Assembly (NCBI GenBank): GCA_052034935.1
Contig: JBPOIB010000004.1
Span: 9,896 to 73,895, forward strand
Direction: 5' to 3'
Origin: Candidatus Moraniibacteriota bacterium
GTDB lineage: Bacteria > Patescibacteriota > Minisyncoccia > Moranbacterales > UBA1568
Length of the DNA stretch: 64,000 nucleotides
Below are positions 8,732 through 18,818 of this stretch, one piece after another. The notes beneath the pieces are model-generated. The model saw nothing but the letters and a program-made list of their open reading frames with translations, was not told the DNA's origin and did no database searches. The first letter of the stretch is position 1; every line of letters begins with the position of its first letter. The position numbers and the translations under genes were made by a program.

Positions 8732-8890
8732 TTAGCGGTCGCCGCGCTTGCCCTTGCGCTTCTGACCACCGATATTTTTAATTCCCATATTGCGCTGCTT
8801 GCCATCCATCCGGGCGGCCTGCCAGAGTGGCGGCATCACGGGCTTGAAGGCACCTTTCGGGGCCGGAGTAGGTTTTTTCGTGCTGGTCAT
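8732..8890 (-). CDS. Possible 52-aa lysine/arginine-rich small protein
   Basis: Own translation MTSTKKPTPAPKGAFKPVMPPLWQAARMDGKQRNMGIKNIGGQKRKGKRGDR. It fills an otherwise empty 190-bp gap. No clear SD and below the ORF-track length cut-off. Confidence 0.2.
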   Translation of the reverse strand: MTSTKKPTPAPKGAFKPVMPPLWQAARMDGKQRNMGIKNIGGQKRKGKRGDR

Positions 8891-9050
8891 ACGGAAAATA
8901 TTAATGATGAGGTGAAGAAAGTCGCCCCTCTATCGTAGCACTAACGACCGTTTTCGTTCACTGATTGACATCGAGCCAAAAACGTGACAGGATAAATCGT
9001 TGGTTTTCGTGCCACATCTTCGTTTCCCCAACCAGAAAAAGGAGCATCCT

Positions 9051-9344
9051 TTGAGCCTTCAGACTTGTCCGGCCTGCCGTGGTCAACGCTTCATCGAAGC
9101 GCCGATCATCTCTTTTCGTTTTCTCCTCGGTCTCATCAGGCTCAACCCGAGTCTCCGAGACGCCTGTGATGAGTGTCGGGGCCAAGGAAGCATTCCTCTG
9201 ACGGAAGACCTGAGCCAGGACTGGATCGATCCCGAACAGCCGGACGGCTACCAGGATACGGCGTCGTTCGCCTACTTCAATCCTGAGCCCCAGTCCCCAG
9301 CGCTCCGCGGACCGAAACGATCACGCGAAACCGCTGCCAATTAG
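9051..9344 (+). CDS. Small protein with two DnaJ-like CxxCxGxG zinc-finger motifs
   Basis: CPACRGQR and CDECRGQG motifs. AAGGAG SD 6 nt before TTG 9051. There is no internal ATG, so the start is uncertain. Confidence 0.3.
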   Translation: MSLQTCPACRGQRFIEAPIISFRFLLGLIRLNPSLRDACDECRGQGSIPLTEDLSQDWIDPEQPDGYQDTASFAYFNPEPQSPALRGPKRSRETAAN

Positions 9345-9516
9345 CCGCGCTGCCACGCCAGCGACCGCCTACCCTGAGGAACCGCGCTTCCCCGGGGCTC
9401 TTTGTTTTTTATCTGCCTTGGCAGCCGGGAAGGAAAATGGTATAACCCCATCGCTAGGAACACGTTCGTTTCCAATTCCAACCACATCATCAACCCACTC
9501 CCCGAAAGGATTCACC

Positions 9517-10635
9517 ATGGCCATGGCTGTCACCCCCCGTATCTTCCTGCGCGGCAGTCCGAACCTGCACCGGGCCTTCGGCCAGCGCTGGCCAGCCGTC
9601 CTCGAGGCCGGCGGCTCGTTCTATCTCGGCGACAATTCGCGCCGCCCGTCAAAGCGTGTGAATCTGGTCCGGGAGAAACGGATCCTCGACATCGCTGCTG
9701 ACGGCCAGGCGATGGTTTACCGCAATGCCTGCCTCCACGGCGGCAAGCGGCTCATCACGCCGAAGCTCGGTCTTTGCTTCGATGATCGCGAAGTCATCCA
9801 GTGCGCCTGGCATCAGTCGCAGTACCGCTGCGGCCAGCTCATCCGCCCCGGAGCGATGAAGATCGCCGTCGAGCGACTGCCCGAAACCGAGTGCCCGAAG
9901 AGTGAAGTCTTTGTCTGGCAGGACCGGCTCGTCTTCGAACTCGGCCGCGATGAGGGCGGAGCGAGACAGACGCTCGAGCGAGCACTTCGCTTCATCAGCG
10001 AGGTGGCCGGCGACGTCTTCGACTTCCGGGACTATCAGCTCCAGGTATCGCTCCGAGAACCTCAGGCGGCCGATGCACTCACGACCCTGGTGAACTACCT
10101 CGACATCCGCCATCTCGGCGGCCACGCCGATACCCTCGGCCGACTCGTCAATCTCGCTGGCTACACCCATGCGGCAAACGATGTCGCGGTCGTCCAACGC
10201 ATGGGCCTGAACGCGCTCTGGCTCGAGGGCGACAGCGAATGGGTGAAAAAGTACTACAAGTCCGGCCTCCCCCGTGACCTCCGCTCTGGCGCCGTCTGGG
10301 CGATGACGGCCGACGGGCTCATGCTCGAGTGGTACCCGGGCGTGATCGTGGTGAGCCAGTGTCTCCCGCATCCGGACGACCCCTGGTGCTCTATCCTGCA
10401 CCATGACTTCTACTACCACCGCCAGGCCTCGCCGGAATTCATCAGGGCGCATCAGGACATCTTCCTCCAGACCGGCCAGGAGGACGAGGCCTGGTGCAGC
10501 GAAGCGACCGATCATCTGGTCGAACGTATCGCCGAAGGACAAGGTGATGAGGAATGGGGCTTTCTCGATCCCGACCAGGAGAACTACGCCCGCTGGCTGT
10601 ATGACATCGCCTCCGCCCGACTCATGACAGGCTGA
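9517..10635 (+). CDS. Rieske [2Fe-2S] non-haem iron oxygenase alpha-subunit-like protein
   Basis: Rieske pattern CLH...(21 aa)...CAWH and a mononuclear-iron-like motif NYLDIRHLGGH (D-x2-H-x3-H). AAAGGA SD before ATG 9517. The antisense ORF 9649..10677 is rejected. Confidence 0.6.
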   Translation: MAMAVTPRIFLRGSPNLHRAFGQRWPAVLEAGGSFYLGDNSRRPSKRVNLVREKRILDIAADGQAMVYRNACLHGGKRLITPKLGLCFDDREVIQCAWHQSQYRCGQLIRPGAMKIAVERLPETECPKSEVFVWQDRLVFELGRDEGGARQTLERALRFISEVAGDVFDFRDYQLQVSLREPQAADALTTLVNYLDIRHLGGHADTLGRLVNLAGYTHAANDVAVVQRMGLNALWLEGDSEWVKKYYKSGLPRDLRSGAVWAMTADGLMLEWYPGVIVVSQCLPHPDDPWCSILHHDFYYHRQASPEFIRAHQDIFLQTGQEDEAWCSEATDHLVERIAEGQGDEEWGFLDPDQENYARWLYDIASARLMTG

Positions 10636-10720
10636 TGACTGTGTCATCTCTTCAGCCGCCGATCCCCGAGCATCCACGCGATGCCCGGGGCTCTTTTTTT
10701 ACCTACGGTATACTGAGGAC

Positions 10721-11392
10721 ATGAGAAAATTTCTCCCCTTATTCATCCTCCTCGGCATACTCGTACTCGCCTCCATCCTGTACTGGCGCGCTCACCGCTA
10801 CGACGAACCGGCCCGCGTCGCTTCGGCTCCGGCCGGCACTGCGATCGCCTATTTTGCCGGCGGCTGCTTTTGGTGCACCGAGGCTGACTTCGAAAAACTC
10901 CCTGGCGTGACCGAAGCTGTCTCCGGCTACTCGGGTGGAACGACGACCGACCCGACGTATGAGAACGTCTCGAGTCATACGACCGGTCACCTCGAGACGG
11001 TCGAGGTTCGCTATGATCCGACGCGGGTTAGCTATGAAACACTCGTCCGCTACCACTATGCCCATATCGACCCGACCGATCCAAACGGCCAATTCGCCGA
11101 CCAGGGCGATAGCTATCGCTCGGCAATTTTTTACCAGAGCGAAGAAGAGCGAGCCATCGCACTCGTCGAAATGAAACGACTGAGCGATGCGAACGTCTAT
11201 CCGAAACCGATCGTGACCGCTCTCCGGCCCTTCGAGCGCTTCTATCCAGCTGAGGAGTACCATCAGGACTACTGGCGGAAAAATAATGTCCGCTACACTT
11301 ATTACCGCTCCGGATCGGGCCGCGACCGCTACCTTGAAACGGCGTGCACCTGGCGGAAAACAAAAAACCTCTCGTGTGAGAGGGTTGAGTAG
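10721..11392 (+). CDS. msrA: Peptide methionine sulfoxide reductase MsrA with N-terminal TM anchor
   Basis: GGCFWC active-site motif, 223 aa. TATACT -10 box and GAGGAC immediately before the ATG. Confidence 0.9.
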   Translation: MRKFLPLFILLGILVLASILYWRAHRYDEPARVASAPAGTAIAYFAGGCFWCTEADFEKLPGVTEAVSGYSGGTTTDPTYENVSSHTTGHLETVEVRYDPTRVSYETLVRYHYAHIDPTDPNGQFADQGDSYRSAIFYQSEEERAIALVEMKRLSDANVYPKPIVTALRPFERFYPAEEYHQDYWRKNNVRYTYYRSGSGRDRYLETACTWRKTKNLSCERVE

Positions 11393-11411
11393 CTGCCGTT
11401 TATTTCTCTGT

Positions 11412-11885
11412 CTATACCGGACGACTGTAGTAGCCGACGAGATCGGTCTCAGCAACCACATTGCCAAGCAGCGCGTTCCGGAGCATGAGCTCGGTCGCCT
11501 CATTCGGGAGCGTGAGCGTGTGGCGAAGCGCATACAATCGGAAGACGTAGCCGTGCTCACCCGAGCGCGGGCAAGGGCCGCCGTAACGCGCCGTACCGAA
11601 CGAATTCAGGCCCACGACCGCGCCTTTCGGTACGGTATTTTCTTTGATGAGTGTCGTCCGCGGATCGATATTCCAAAGTCGCCAGTGGATCCACATTCCG
11701 CCCGGCGCATCTGGATCCTCCATGATGAGGACGAGTGCCTCGGCGTCTTCAGGAACATTTTCAATCGAGAGTGGCGGACTCACATCCCGCCCATCGCAGG
11801 TATACTCACGAGGAATCGCTCCGCCGTACGCGAAGGCCGGGCTATGCAGACGGAACGGCGGTTGTTCAGTGGCGAGATGTTCCAT
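11412..11885 (-). CDS. YbhB/YbcL-family PEBP (Raf kinase inhibitor-like) protein
   Basis: DPDAP and HGYVFRLYAL motifs, 157 aa. Confidence 0.85.
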   Translation of the reverse strand: MEHLATEQPPFRLHSPAFAYGGAIPREYTCDGRDVSPPLSIENVPEDAEALVLIMEDPDAPGGMWIHWRLWNIDPRTTLIKENTVPKGAVVGLNSFGTARYGGPCPRSGEHGYVFRLYALRHTLTLPNEATELMLRNALLGNVVAETDLVGYYSRPV

Positions 11886-11908
11886 GATGGACTATATGGT
11901 TTTCCGTT

Positions 11909-12841
11909 TCATTCTTGAACCGCCGCACTCACTTCACGAAGGAAATCGAGGTCAGCCTGAAGCAATCTTTGTTTCTTTTCACTCACCTCGCTTAGTACAT
12001 ACTTCCCGTGGGGATCGAGATATCTCAATACCTTAGTGTTGTCCGCCTGATCGATCAGCACAATATTCTTATCACCAATGGTATCAATGACTTCTCCCTG
12101 TTCGTCTGCCTTTTCCAGGGTTACCCGAGCAAAATTTAAAAATGAGTCGCGAAGCACTGGATCCTTTTTCAAGATTTCAATGAGGACTTCCTTCGGCTGT
12201 CCCTGGAAAAGATCATGAATCTGATCAGCCGTCCCAGCATATTCCTGAATCGTAAACAAAGCATTTCGTCCACCCGTCGGACTTTTCGCAATAAACTGAA
12301 GCTCTTCCGGAATAAATCCCGGCACGGACTGATACCAATCCGCCATTTCTTCCCGCTCGGCCCGAAGCTCTTTCCCTCGTTCAACAAGTACATCAACGCC
12401 TCGGTAGATTCCATTGTCAATCTTGATCACGAGAGACGGACGCTCCGGGTCGAGTGAGGTGAGGCGATAGACATTGCATTCTGAACCACTGCCGACTTTC
12501 CGCGTATCGAACTCATATTTTTCTGGATCAATCGGGAGGTCGCTCGTATCATAATGATAGCGACCCTTTGTCAGTGTCTCAAAAACGGTATCTGGTACGG
12601 CATCCCTCAAAATCGCAAAGAGTGCCTTCGTTCGCTCGAACGGTCCGAGATGAGGGTCGGTAAGTCTACTAAAGGGAGCTGGAGCCCCTGGATCGCCCGC
12701 GTGTTCCCAAAGCGCCGTACTGAGCGCTGCCCCAACACGATCGACAGGCGACCGTGGCTTCTTTTTTGTATCTTCAGCAGCTACTTTACCGGGCTGTTCA
12801 AACATAAGGAGAGGGAGTAATTTCTCCTCCCATCCTACCAC
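11909..12841 (-). CDS. Hypothetical protein with protein-kinase-like Gly-rich loop (KVGSGSECNVYRL...VIKID)
   Basis: 310-aa ORF. GxGxxxxV followed by VIK resembles an ATP-binding loop plus catalytic Lys; this is inference only. Confidence 0.5.
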   Translation of the reverse strand: MVGWEEKLLPLLMFEQPGKVAAEDTKKKPRSPVDRVGAALSTALWEHAGDPGAPAPFSRLTDPHLGPFERTKALFAILRDAVPDTVFETLTKGRYHYDTSDLPIDPEKYEFDTRKVGSGSECNVYRLTSLDPERPSLVIKIDNGIYRGVDVLVERGKELRAEREEMADWYQSVPGFIPEELQFIAKSPTGGRNALFTIQEYAGTADQIHDLFQGQPKEVLIEILKKDPVLRDSFLNFARVTLEKADEQGEVIDTIGDKNIVLIDQADNTKVLRYLDPHGKYVLSEVSEKKQRLLQADLDFLREVSAAVQE

Positions 12842-12862
12842 ACCTGCTTTTTGGGTATCCGC

Positions 12863-13564
12863 TTAATCGCAGCGGCTAAATGCTGGGAGGTGACGATCCG
12901 ATGACGCCTGCATGAGATGAGTGAAGACGCTCGTGATATCGGTATACGCCACCGCCGCCGGGAGAAGAGTGTCGCGATAAAGGGCGGCATTAGCGACTTC
13001 CGCTTCGACGCCGAGGGCACAAGCGGACTGGAGCGTTTCCGGCGCGGAAACTTTCGAGAGGTACGGATTTTCCGGCACAGCGATGCCATACTTGTCAAAA
13101 AGCGCCTTGAGTGAGCTGATGTGCTGCTCCTCCGCGCGGATAATCATACTGAAGGGACGGACGGAGCCGAGTCGAGCCATTACTGCCTGATAGGTCGCGA
13201 ATGCCTTGTACTCGTCATCGAGGGCAGCCGTGAGTGCGTCTTTGGCAGCATCTGAAAGTACGGCGACCGGATACTCCAGACCATCGACAGCGAGACATTC
13301 GTCAGCGACACAGCTCTCGCGATTCATCTGCTTTCCCTGGCCTTGCCCACCAGACATCCCTCCTTTGCCCTGACCGCGCATATTACCGGGGCCGCGCATA
13401 TCGACATTGGTATGCCATCTGAAGTCATCGGCTTTCCCATCCATAGACGAGTCCCGCAGCGACAAAGAACGCTCTCCGCCCGGCTTCGCCGCTGTGAGCG
13501 CCAAAGCGACTGCCCCGAGAAGAACCGCTACCCCAGCGAGAGCGAATATTGTTTTCTTGTTCAT
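12863..13564 (-). CDS. Secreted ferritin-like DUF2202-type protein
   Basis: Signal peptide, then LTAALDDEYKAFATYQAVMARLG...IIRAEEQHISSL, typical of the DUF2202 ferritin-like family. Confidence 0.5.
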   Translation of the reverse strand: MNKKTIFALAGVAVLLGAVALALTAAKPGGERSLSLRDSSMDGKADDFRWHTNVDMRGPGNMRGQGKGGMSGGQGQGKQMNRESCVADECLAVDGLEYPVAVLSDAAKDALTAALDDEYKAFATYQAVMARLGSVRPFSMIIRAEEQHISSLKALFDKYGIAVPENPYLSKVSAPETLQSACALGVEAEVANAALYRDTLLPAAVAYTDITSVFTHLMQASSDRHLPAFSRCD

Positions 13565-13630
13565 AAAACGAATCGTTTTTTATTAAGAGTAACTCCTGAC
13601 AACGATAGTACGCGTTCAGCGCATTTTCGG

Positions 13631-13660
13631 ACGCAAAAAATCCTCCACTGGGGAGGAGTT
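13631..13660 (-). terminator. Bidirectional intrinsic terminator downstream of uvrA
   Basis: AAAAAATCCTCCACTGGGGAGGAGTTTTTC; hairpin CCTCC/GGAGG flanked by an A-run and a T-run. Confidence 0.7.
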
Positions 13661-13688
13661 TTTCAAGAGGAGCCTTGCAAAGCCTGAT

Positions 13689-16271
13689 TTATTTCCGACG
13701 GAGGACTTTCTTCAGGTACTGGCCGGTGTAGGATCGTTCATTGTGTGCAACTTCTTCGGGCGTACCCTGCGCGACGATCTTGCCACCGCCGGAGCCACCT
13801 TCGGGACCGATATCGATAACATAATCAGCGGATTTGATCAGATCCATATTGTGTTCGATCACCATCACCGTATTCCCCTTCACCACCAGCCGATCAAGGA
13901 TTTCAATCAACTTCTTCACGTCTGCATAGTGAAGGCCGATGGTCGGCTCGTCGAGGAGATAGATAGTCCGCTCCGTCGACTGGCGGTAGAGTTCGGAGGC
14001 AATCTTCACGCGCTGTGCCTCGCCACCCGACAAGGTCGTCGCTGATTGACCGAGCTCGAGGTAGCCGAGACCGACTTCATTAAGCGTCTTCAATCGATCA
14101 GCGATGGCCGGAATCTCATAGAAGAACGAGTACGCGTCTTCAATCGTCATCGTGAGTACCTGATGGATATTCTTGTTCTTGTAGGTGACCTCGAGCGTTT
14201 CTTTGGTGAAGCGCTTGCCATCGCAGACATCGCACGGCACATACACGGTCGGCAGGAAGTGCATCTCGACGGCGATGAAACCGTTCCCCTCGCAGGTCTC
14301 GCAGCGGCCGCCGGGGCGGTTGAAGGAGAAACGGCCAAGCTTCCAACCGCGCACCCGCGCTTCCTCGGTCGAAGCGAAGAGTTCGCGGATATGGTTGAAC
14401 GCGCCCGTATACGTCGCCGGGTTCGAACGCGGTGTGCGGCCGATCGGGCTTTGGTCGATCATGACCACGCGCGAAACGTACTCGGTACCGGTGAATGTAT
14501 CACAGTGCTCGACTTGGTTCGTTTTGTAGCGGCGATCAAGACGGCCCTGCAGGTTCTTGTGAACAATCTCATAGAGGAAAGACGACTTACCCGAGCCCGA
14601 GACACCCGTCACTGCGATGAAGCGGCCGAGTGGGATATCGACATTGAGGTCCTTGATATTGAAGACGCGGCCGCCGCGGATCTTCAGACTCCCCTTCTCC
14701 TTGCCCCGTCGCTCCGGGATAGCGATATGTTCCTCGCCACGCAGGTATGCGAGCGTCAGCGATCCGCTTTTGTTCGTTTTGGCGGTGAGCAGGTCTTCGA
14801 GAAAGCCTGAGACGACGACCGAACCGCCATGCACGCCCGCCCCGGGGCCGATGTCGACGATGTAGTCGGAGGCGAAGATTGTGTCTTCGTCATGTTCGAC
14901 GATGATGATCGTGTTGCCGAGCGCGCGAAGCGACTTCAGGGTCTCGATGAGCCGGTCATTGTCACGCTGATGGAGGCCGATGGTCGGCTCGTCGAGAACA
15001 TAGAGGGCGCCGACCAGTTGACTGCCAAGCTGGCTCGCCAAGCGGATGCGCTGCGCCTCGCCGCCCGAAAGGGTATTGGCCCGACGGTCGAGAGTGAGGT
15101 AATTGAGACCGACATTGAGGAGAAATTGCAGCCGGTTGCCAATCTCGCGCAAGACGACCGCGGCAATCTGCTCCTCGCGAGGTGTGAGGTCGAGGGTCGC
15201 GAAGAAATCAAAGCCGAGCTGGATCGTGAGACGAGTGAGGTCGACGATGTTTTGGCCACCGATTTTGATATGGAGTGCCTCTTCACGAAGCCGCGTACCG
15301 TTGCAGGTATCGCATGCCTCGTCGCCGAAGAAATGTTTGGTCCCGAGGCCATTGCAGGCCTGACAGGCACCATACGGCGAGTTGAAAGAGAAGAGTCGCG
15401 GCTCGACCTCCGGGTAGGAGAAGCCGTCGTAGGGACAGGTGAACTTGGCCGAGAGGAGGAACGTCTCGTCCCCGACCGTCACTTTCACGATACCTTCCGC
15501 TTCTTCGAGCGCTTTCTGGACGGCTTCGGAGAGCCGGACTTCGGTATCGTCTTTGTACTGTTCGAAATCCCGCGCGAGGAATTCGTCGACGATGAGGTCG
15601 ATATCATGCTTGAAGTTCTTTTTGAGCACAACCTGCTCACGGAGGCTCTTCCGCTCCCCATCGAGGAAAATCGAGCTGAAGCCTCGGCCGAGCGCATTGT
15701 AGAGCATCTGGTAGTATTCACCCTTGCGGCCACGCACGACTGGGGCGAGCACGAGCACGGGGGCATCTTTTTTCTGCGGATGCTTCAAGACGGCATGCAC
15801 TTTCGTTTTCACCGTCTCGAGCATCTCTTCGGTCGAGAGGCGCGAGATCTCGCGGCCGCATTCGAGGCAGTGCGGGCGACCGAGCCGAGCATAGAGCACT
15901 CGGAGATAATCGTAAATCTCAGTCACGGTTGCAACGGTCGAACGAGGGTTTCTCGAGGCTGATTTCTGATCGATCGAAATTGCAGGCGAGAGGCCGGTGA
16001 TCTCATCGACATCCGGTTTCTGCATCGTATTCAAAAACTGCCGAGCATACGCCGAGAGCGATTCGACATAGCGGCGTTGGCCTTCGGCAAAAATCGTATC
16101 GAAGGCGAGCGATGACTTGCCGGATCCGGAGAGACCGGTGAACACGACCATCCGGTTACGCGGCATCTCGACGGTGATGTTCTTGAGGTTATGCGTCCGG
16201 GCGCCTTTCACCACGATCCATTCCGATGGGCCGGTCGCTTTCTTTTTCTTTGATTCCTTCTTCTCGGTCAT
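13689..16271 (-). CDS. uvrA: Excinuclease ABC subunit A
   Basis: 860 aa with two ABC ATPase modules ([18 protein letters not shown]; LSGGEAQR twice) and zinc-finger Cys clusters. Alignable to E. coli UvrA across the UvrB-binding region. Confidence 0.95.
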   Translation of the reverse strand: MTEKKESKKKKATGPSEWIVVKGARTHNLKNITVEMPRNRMVVFTGLSGSGKSSLAFDTIFAEGQRRYVESLSAYARQFLNTMQKPDVDEITGLSPAISIDQKSASRNPRSTVATVTEIYDYLRVLYARLGRPHCLECGREISRLSTEEMLETVKTKVHAVLKHPQKKDAPVLVLAPVVRGRKGEYYQMLYNALGRGFSSIFLDGERKSLREQVVLKKNFKHDIDLIVDEFLARDFEQYKDDTEVRLSEAVQKALEEAEGIVKVTVGDETFLLSAKFTCPYDGFSYPEVEPRLFSFNSPYGACQACNGLGTKHFFGDEACDTCNGTRLREEALHIKIGGQNIVDLTRLTIQLGFDFFATLDLTPREEQIAAVVLREIGNRLQFLLNVGLNYLTLDRRANTLSGGEAQRIRLASQLGSQLVGALYVLDEPTIGLHQRDNDRLIETLKSLRALGNTIIIVEHDEDTIFASDYIVDIGPGAGVHGGSVVVSGFLEDLLTAKTNKSGSLTLAYLRGEEHIAIPERRGKEKGSLKIRGGRVFNIKDLNVDIPLGRFIAVTGVSGSGKSSFLYEIVHKNLQGRLDRRYKTNQVEHCDTFTGTEYVSRVVMIDQSPIGRTPRSNPATYTGAFNHIRELFASTEEARVRGWKLGRFSFNRPGGRCETCEGNGFIAVEMHFLPTVYVPCDVCDGKRFTKETLEVTYKNKNIHQVLTMTIEDAYSFFYEIPAIADRLKTLNEVGLGYLELGQSATTLSGGEAQRVKIASELYRQSTERTIYLLDEPTIGLHYADVKKLIEILDRLVVKGNTVMVIEHNMDLIKSADYVIDIGPEGGSGGGKIVAQGTPEEVAHNERSYTGQYLKKVLRRK

Positions 16272-16354
16272 GATGCAGATCTAGAAATGATAGTGGTCAC
16301 GCCACGCCTCACCAGATACGGACTCTGGCAAAAATTGAGGATAGCAGGATTTCG

Positions 16355-16684
16355 TCAGGAAGGAAAGACAACCCGACCGATGCTATCTACCAAGACGCCC
16401 TCCTCTTCGAGTCGGCGACGCTTCGCTTTCGGCCCGCCAAAGGCATATTCACCGATGGTACCATCTGAACGAATAACGCGGTGGCACGGAACATCCTGAT
16501 AACAATTCTCAGAAAGCGCTGTCCCAACCGCCCGCACGGCCCGAGGACTGCCCGCTTTGGCAGCGACCGCCCCATAGCTGAGAACACAGCCTTCGGGAAT
16601 CTTGGCGACGACAGCATACACAGCACGACGGAAAACCGAAAGCCCTTTCTCGGATCGGTAGGTCGCTTCGGTAGGGCCTGACAT
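16355..16684 (-). CDS. ogt: Methylated-DNA-protein-cysteine methyltransferase (MGMT/Ogt) DNA-binding domain protein
   Basis: 109 aa with the active-site PCHRV motif. Confidence 0.85.
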   Translation of the reverse strand: MSGPTEATYRSEKGLSVFRRAVYAVVAKIPEGCVLSYGAVAAKAGSPRAVRAVGTALSENCYQDVPCHRVIRSDGTIGEYAFGGPKAKRRRLEEEGVLVDSIGRVVFPS

Positions 16685-16710
16685 GGGAAGAAAGGGATTA
16701 CGCCGACCGA

Positions 16711-17514
16711 TTATTTCGTCTCTTCCGCGGCGAAGGCCGCCTTCAGTTCAGCATTGGCTGCCTTGAACTCCGACTGGAAAGCCGCGATGCTCGCCGCAAC
16801 CGATTGCCTTCTCACGACGGCAGAAGCTTTGATCTGCTGTTCCAGAGCGAGTGCATTCTGCTTGTCTTTTTCAAGTTTTGCCCGCGCCGCGCTGAGCGCT
16901 GATTTAAGATTCTTTCCCATGGTCGCGACACTCGCATCGGCATCGCAATCAGCATCGACGCCTCTGAAGGCGGCCTCGACATCCGACTGGAAACCCGCCC
17001 AGCTTGCCTCCATCACCATCCGCCGCTTCGCGATGAGGATGTCGATACTTTTCCGGTATTCTCCGACGGTAGCATCGACGGCCGCACGCCGTTCCTCGAG
17101 CGCTTTCTCAATACGCTCCTCATATTTTTCAACAGCTTTCTTTTCATCTTCGGTCACCGCTGCCAGTTCGAGCGAATCATACCCGGCGCTCCGGAGCTGA
17201 TCAGCCTCAGATCGTACGCCTTCGCGCTTCGCATCGCGGACACCGCGCCGGTCATCAAGGTTTTCGACGATCCCACCAAGATAATCAGCGACCCGGTCGT
17301 TTTTTTCACCAATAAGATTGGTAATCTGAGATTTGGTTTCTCCCCAACCTGAACAGAAGGCGTCACTGCTTTCAGCCGCCACCAGTTTCGAAAGGTCGGC
17401 TACCGAGAGATTCTGAACGGCGGTGTCGGGTAGATCAAATGTAAAAGCCGCTGCTGGTCCGGCAGGAAGGAGCAACCACATGAAGAGAAATATGCTAGTA
17501 GCTTGTTTCATCAT
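16711..17514 (-). CDS. Secreted Ala/Lys/Glu-rich coiled-coil protein (paralog A)
   Basis: Signal peptide MMKQATSIFLFMWLLLPAGPAAA. The C-terminal roughly 90 aa is similar to the 17921..18796 product (ADCDADASVATMGKNLKSAL... vs SDCEADVDPKTVMADYQAAM...). Confidence 0.6.
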   Translation of the reverse strand: MMKQATSIFLFMWLLLPAGPAAAFTFDLPDTAVQNLSVADLSKLVAAESSDAFCSGWGETKSQITNLIGEKNDRVADYLGGIVENLDDRRGVRDAKREGVRSEADQLRSAGYDSLELAAVTEDEKKAVEKYEERIEKALEERRAAVDATVGEYRKSIDILIAKRRMVMEASWAGFQSDVEAAFRGVDADCDADASVATMGKNLKSALSAARAKLEKDKQNALALEQQIKASAVVRRQSVAASIAAFQSEFKAANAELKAAFAAEETK

Positions 17515-17854
17515 AGCTTTTCCCTAGATCCTCGATAACACCCCGGCCTTCCTGGACGCTCTGTACCTCATCGGATACTTCCTCATCAAGTACCGTCTCA
17601 TCGCCAACCGAAGCCGTCTCGATTTCCGCGATCACGGCATCGATATCGACCACGCGCCGCTCTTCGGCAATAGGACCTCCCATTCCGTCTTCCTGCTCAC
17701 CCTGGTCGGAATGTAAATCTTGCCCCAAGAGCGATGTTTTCTCTTCAGTCGTTGAAAGGTCTGCCGGACTATCCATTTTCCAGACAGCTAAAGCCACCAC
17801 TAAAAAAACTACCCCAATAATAATCCCCCACTTCGTTTGCGCGGTATTTTCCAT
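17495..17854 (-). CDS. Small membrane-anchored protein with acidic C-terminal tail (paralog a)
   Basis: N-terminal TM (WGIIIGVVFLVVALAVW), acidic tail DIDAVIAEIETASVGDETVLDEEVSDE. Overlaps the downstream gene by 20 nt. Preceded by GGTATACTGAGGAC immediately before the ATG. Confidence 0.5.
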   Translation of the reverse strand: MENTAQTKWGIIIGVVFLVVALAVWKMDSPADLSTTEEKTSLLGQDLHSDQGEQEDGMGGPIAEERRVVDIDAVIAEIETASVGDETVLDEEVSDEVQSVQEGRGVIEDLGKSYDETSY

Positions 17855-17920
17855 GTCCTCAGTATACCATTCAAAAAACCCGCCGGAGCGGGTTTTTTGT
17901 CGTCTCAGGAAGGAAAGAGG

Positions 17921-18796
17921 TTATTTCACTTCCGTCCCGGCAGCATCTTTCATAGCCACCTTCAGTTTCTCCTTCGCTGCTTCGACCGTCGACTTGAACG
18001 TCTGAAGCGCCGCTTCGATCGATTTCTTGCGCGCTTCGGCGAGCGTTCTAATCTCATCCTTCAGGCCGGTCAGCGCATCCTTGTTTCCCTTGAGCTTTTC
18101 ACGAGCTGCCTGCATCGCTGCCTGATAGTCGGCCATCACGGTCTTCGGGTCGACATCCGCCTCACAGTCTGACTTGGCTTTGGCCGAGGCCGCGGCGACC
18201 GCCGACTGGAATTCTCCGTACGCACCAGAAGCAGTCGCTTTTTTGTCCGCTACCACCTTATCAACCGCCGCACGGAAATCATCGATTGATTTGTCAACCG
18301 CGGTCCGGCGGGTGTCGACTGCCTTATCGACCGTCGATTTGAATTCGGCAACAGCTGCTTTTTCAGCATCGGTATCGGCCCGTTCATCGAGCTTGGCATA
18401 GAGCGATGAACGCCGCTCATCCTGAGTGTCGCGTTTACCGTCGAGCGTCTCATCCCGGCCATCGCGGCGATCGGTCTGCTTGCTCATCCGGCCAGCGACG
18501 CGCTCCTTCACATTTCCCTCACGTTCATCCGTCCGTTCAGCCTTGGTATCGAGCCGTCCGGTGAAACGGGAGCAGAAAGCGTCCTGAACCTTTGCTTTCA
18601 CTTCTTCTTTCTTCTCCGCCCAGTCAGCTTTGCGTTCCTCCACCTTCACCTGACGATTTTCCATCTGAGCCTTGGCCTGTTCGGCACGTTCCGTCGCCCG
18701 AGTATTCGCCGTCTCCGCCGAGACGAGCGCCGGAACTGCAAGGACGGCCGCCAGCGAAAGAGCGGAAAGATACCGTTTGTTCATGAATAGAGACAT
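17921..18796 (-). CDS. Secreted Ala/Lys/Glu-rich coiled-coil protein (paralog B)
   Basis: Signal peptide (M)NKRYLSALSLAAVLAVPALVSA. The true start may be ATG 18784. Confidence 0.6.
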   Translation of the reverse strand: MSLFMNKRYLSALSLAAVLAVPALVSAETANTRATERAEQAKAQMENRQVKVEERKADWAEKKEEVKAKVQDAFCSRFTGRLDTKAERTDEREGNVKERVAGRMSKQTDRRDGRDETLDGKRDTQDERRSSLYAKLDERADTDAEKAAVAEFKSTVDKAVDTRRTAVDKSIDDFRAAVDKVVADKKATASGAYGEFQSAVAAASAKAKSDCEADVDPKTVMADYQAAMQAAREKLKGNKDALTGLKDEIRTLAEARKKSIEAALQTFKSTVEAAKEKLKVAMKDAAGTEVK

Positions 18797-18818
18797 ATGT
18801 TTCTTGTATCTTTACGGA

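Noticed and set aside
9649-10677. 342-aa minus-strand ORF antisense to the Rieske oxygenase gene
   Set aside because: No ribosome-binding site and no domain features. The sense strand carries clear Rieske and iron-binding motifs plus an SD. GC-driven artefact.
14829-15962. 377-aa plus-strand ORF (and several 60-250 aa ORFs) inside uvrA
   Set aside because: Entirely antisense to an unambiguous uvrA. Acidic/Arg-rich nonsense composition.
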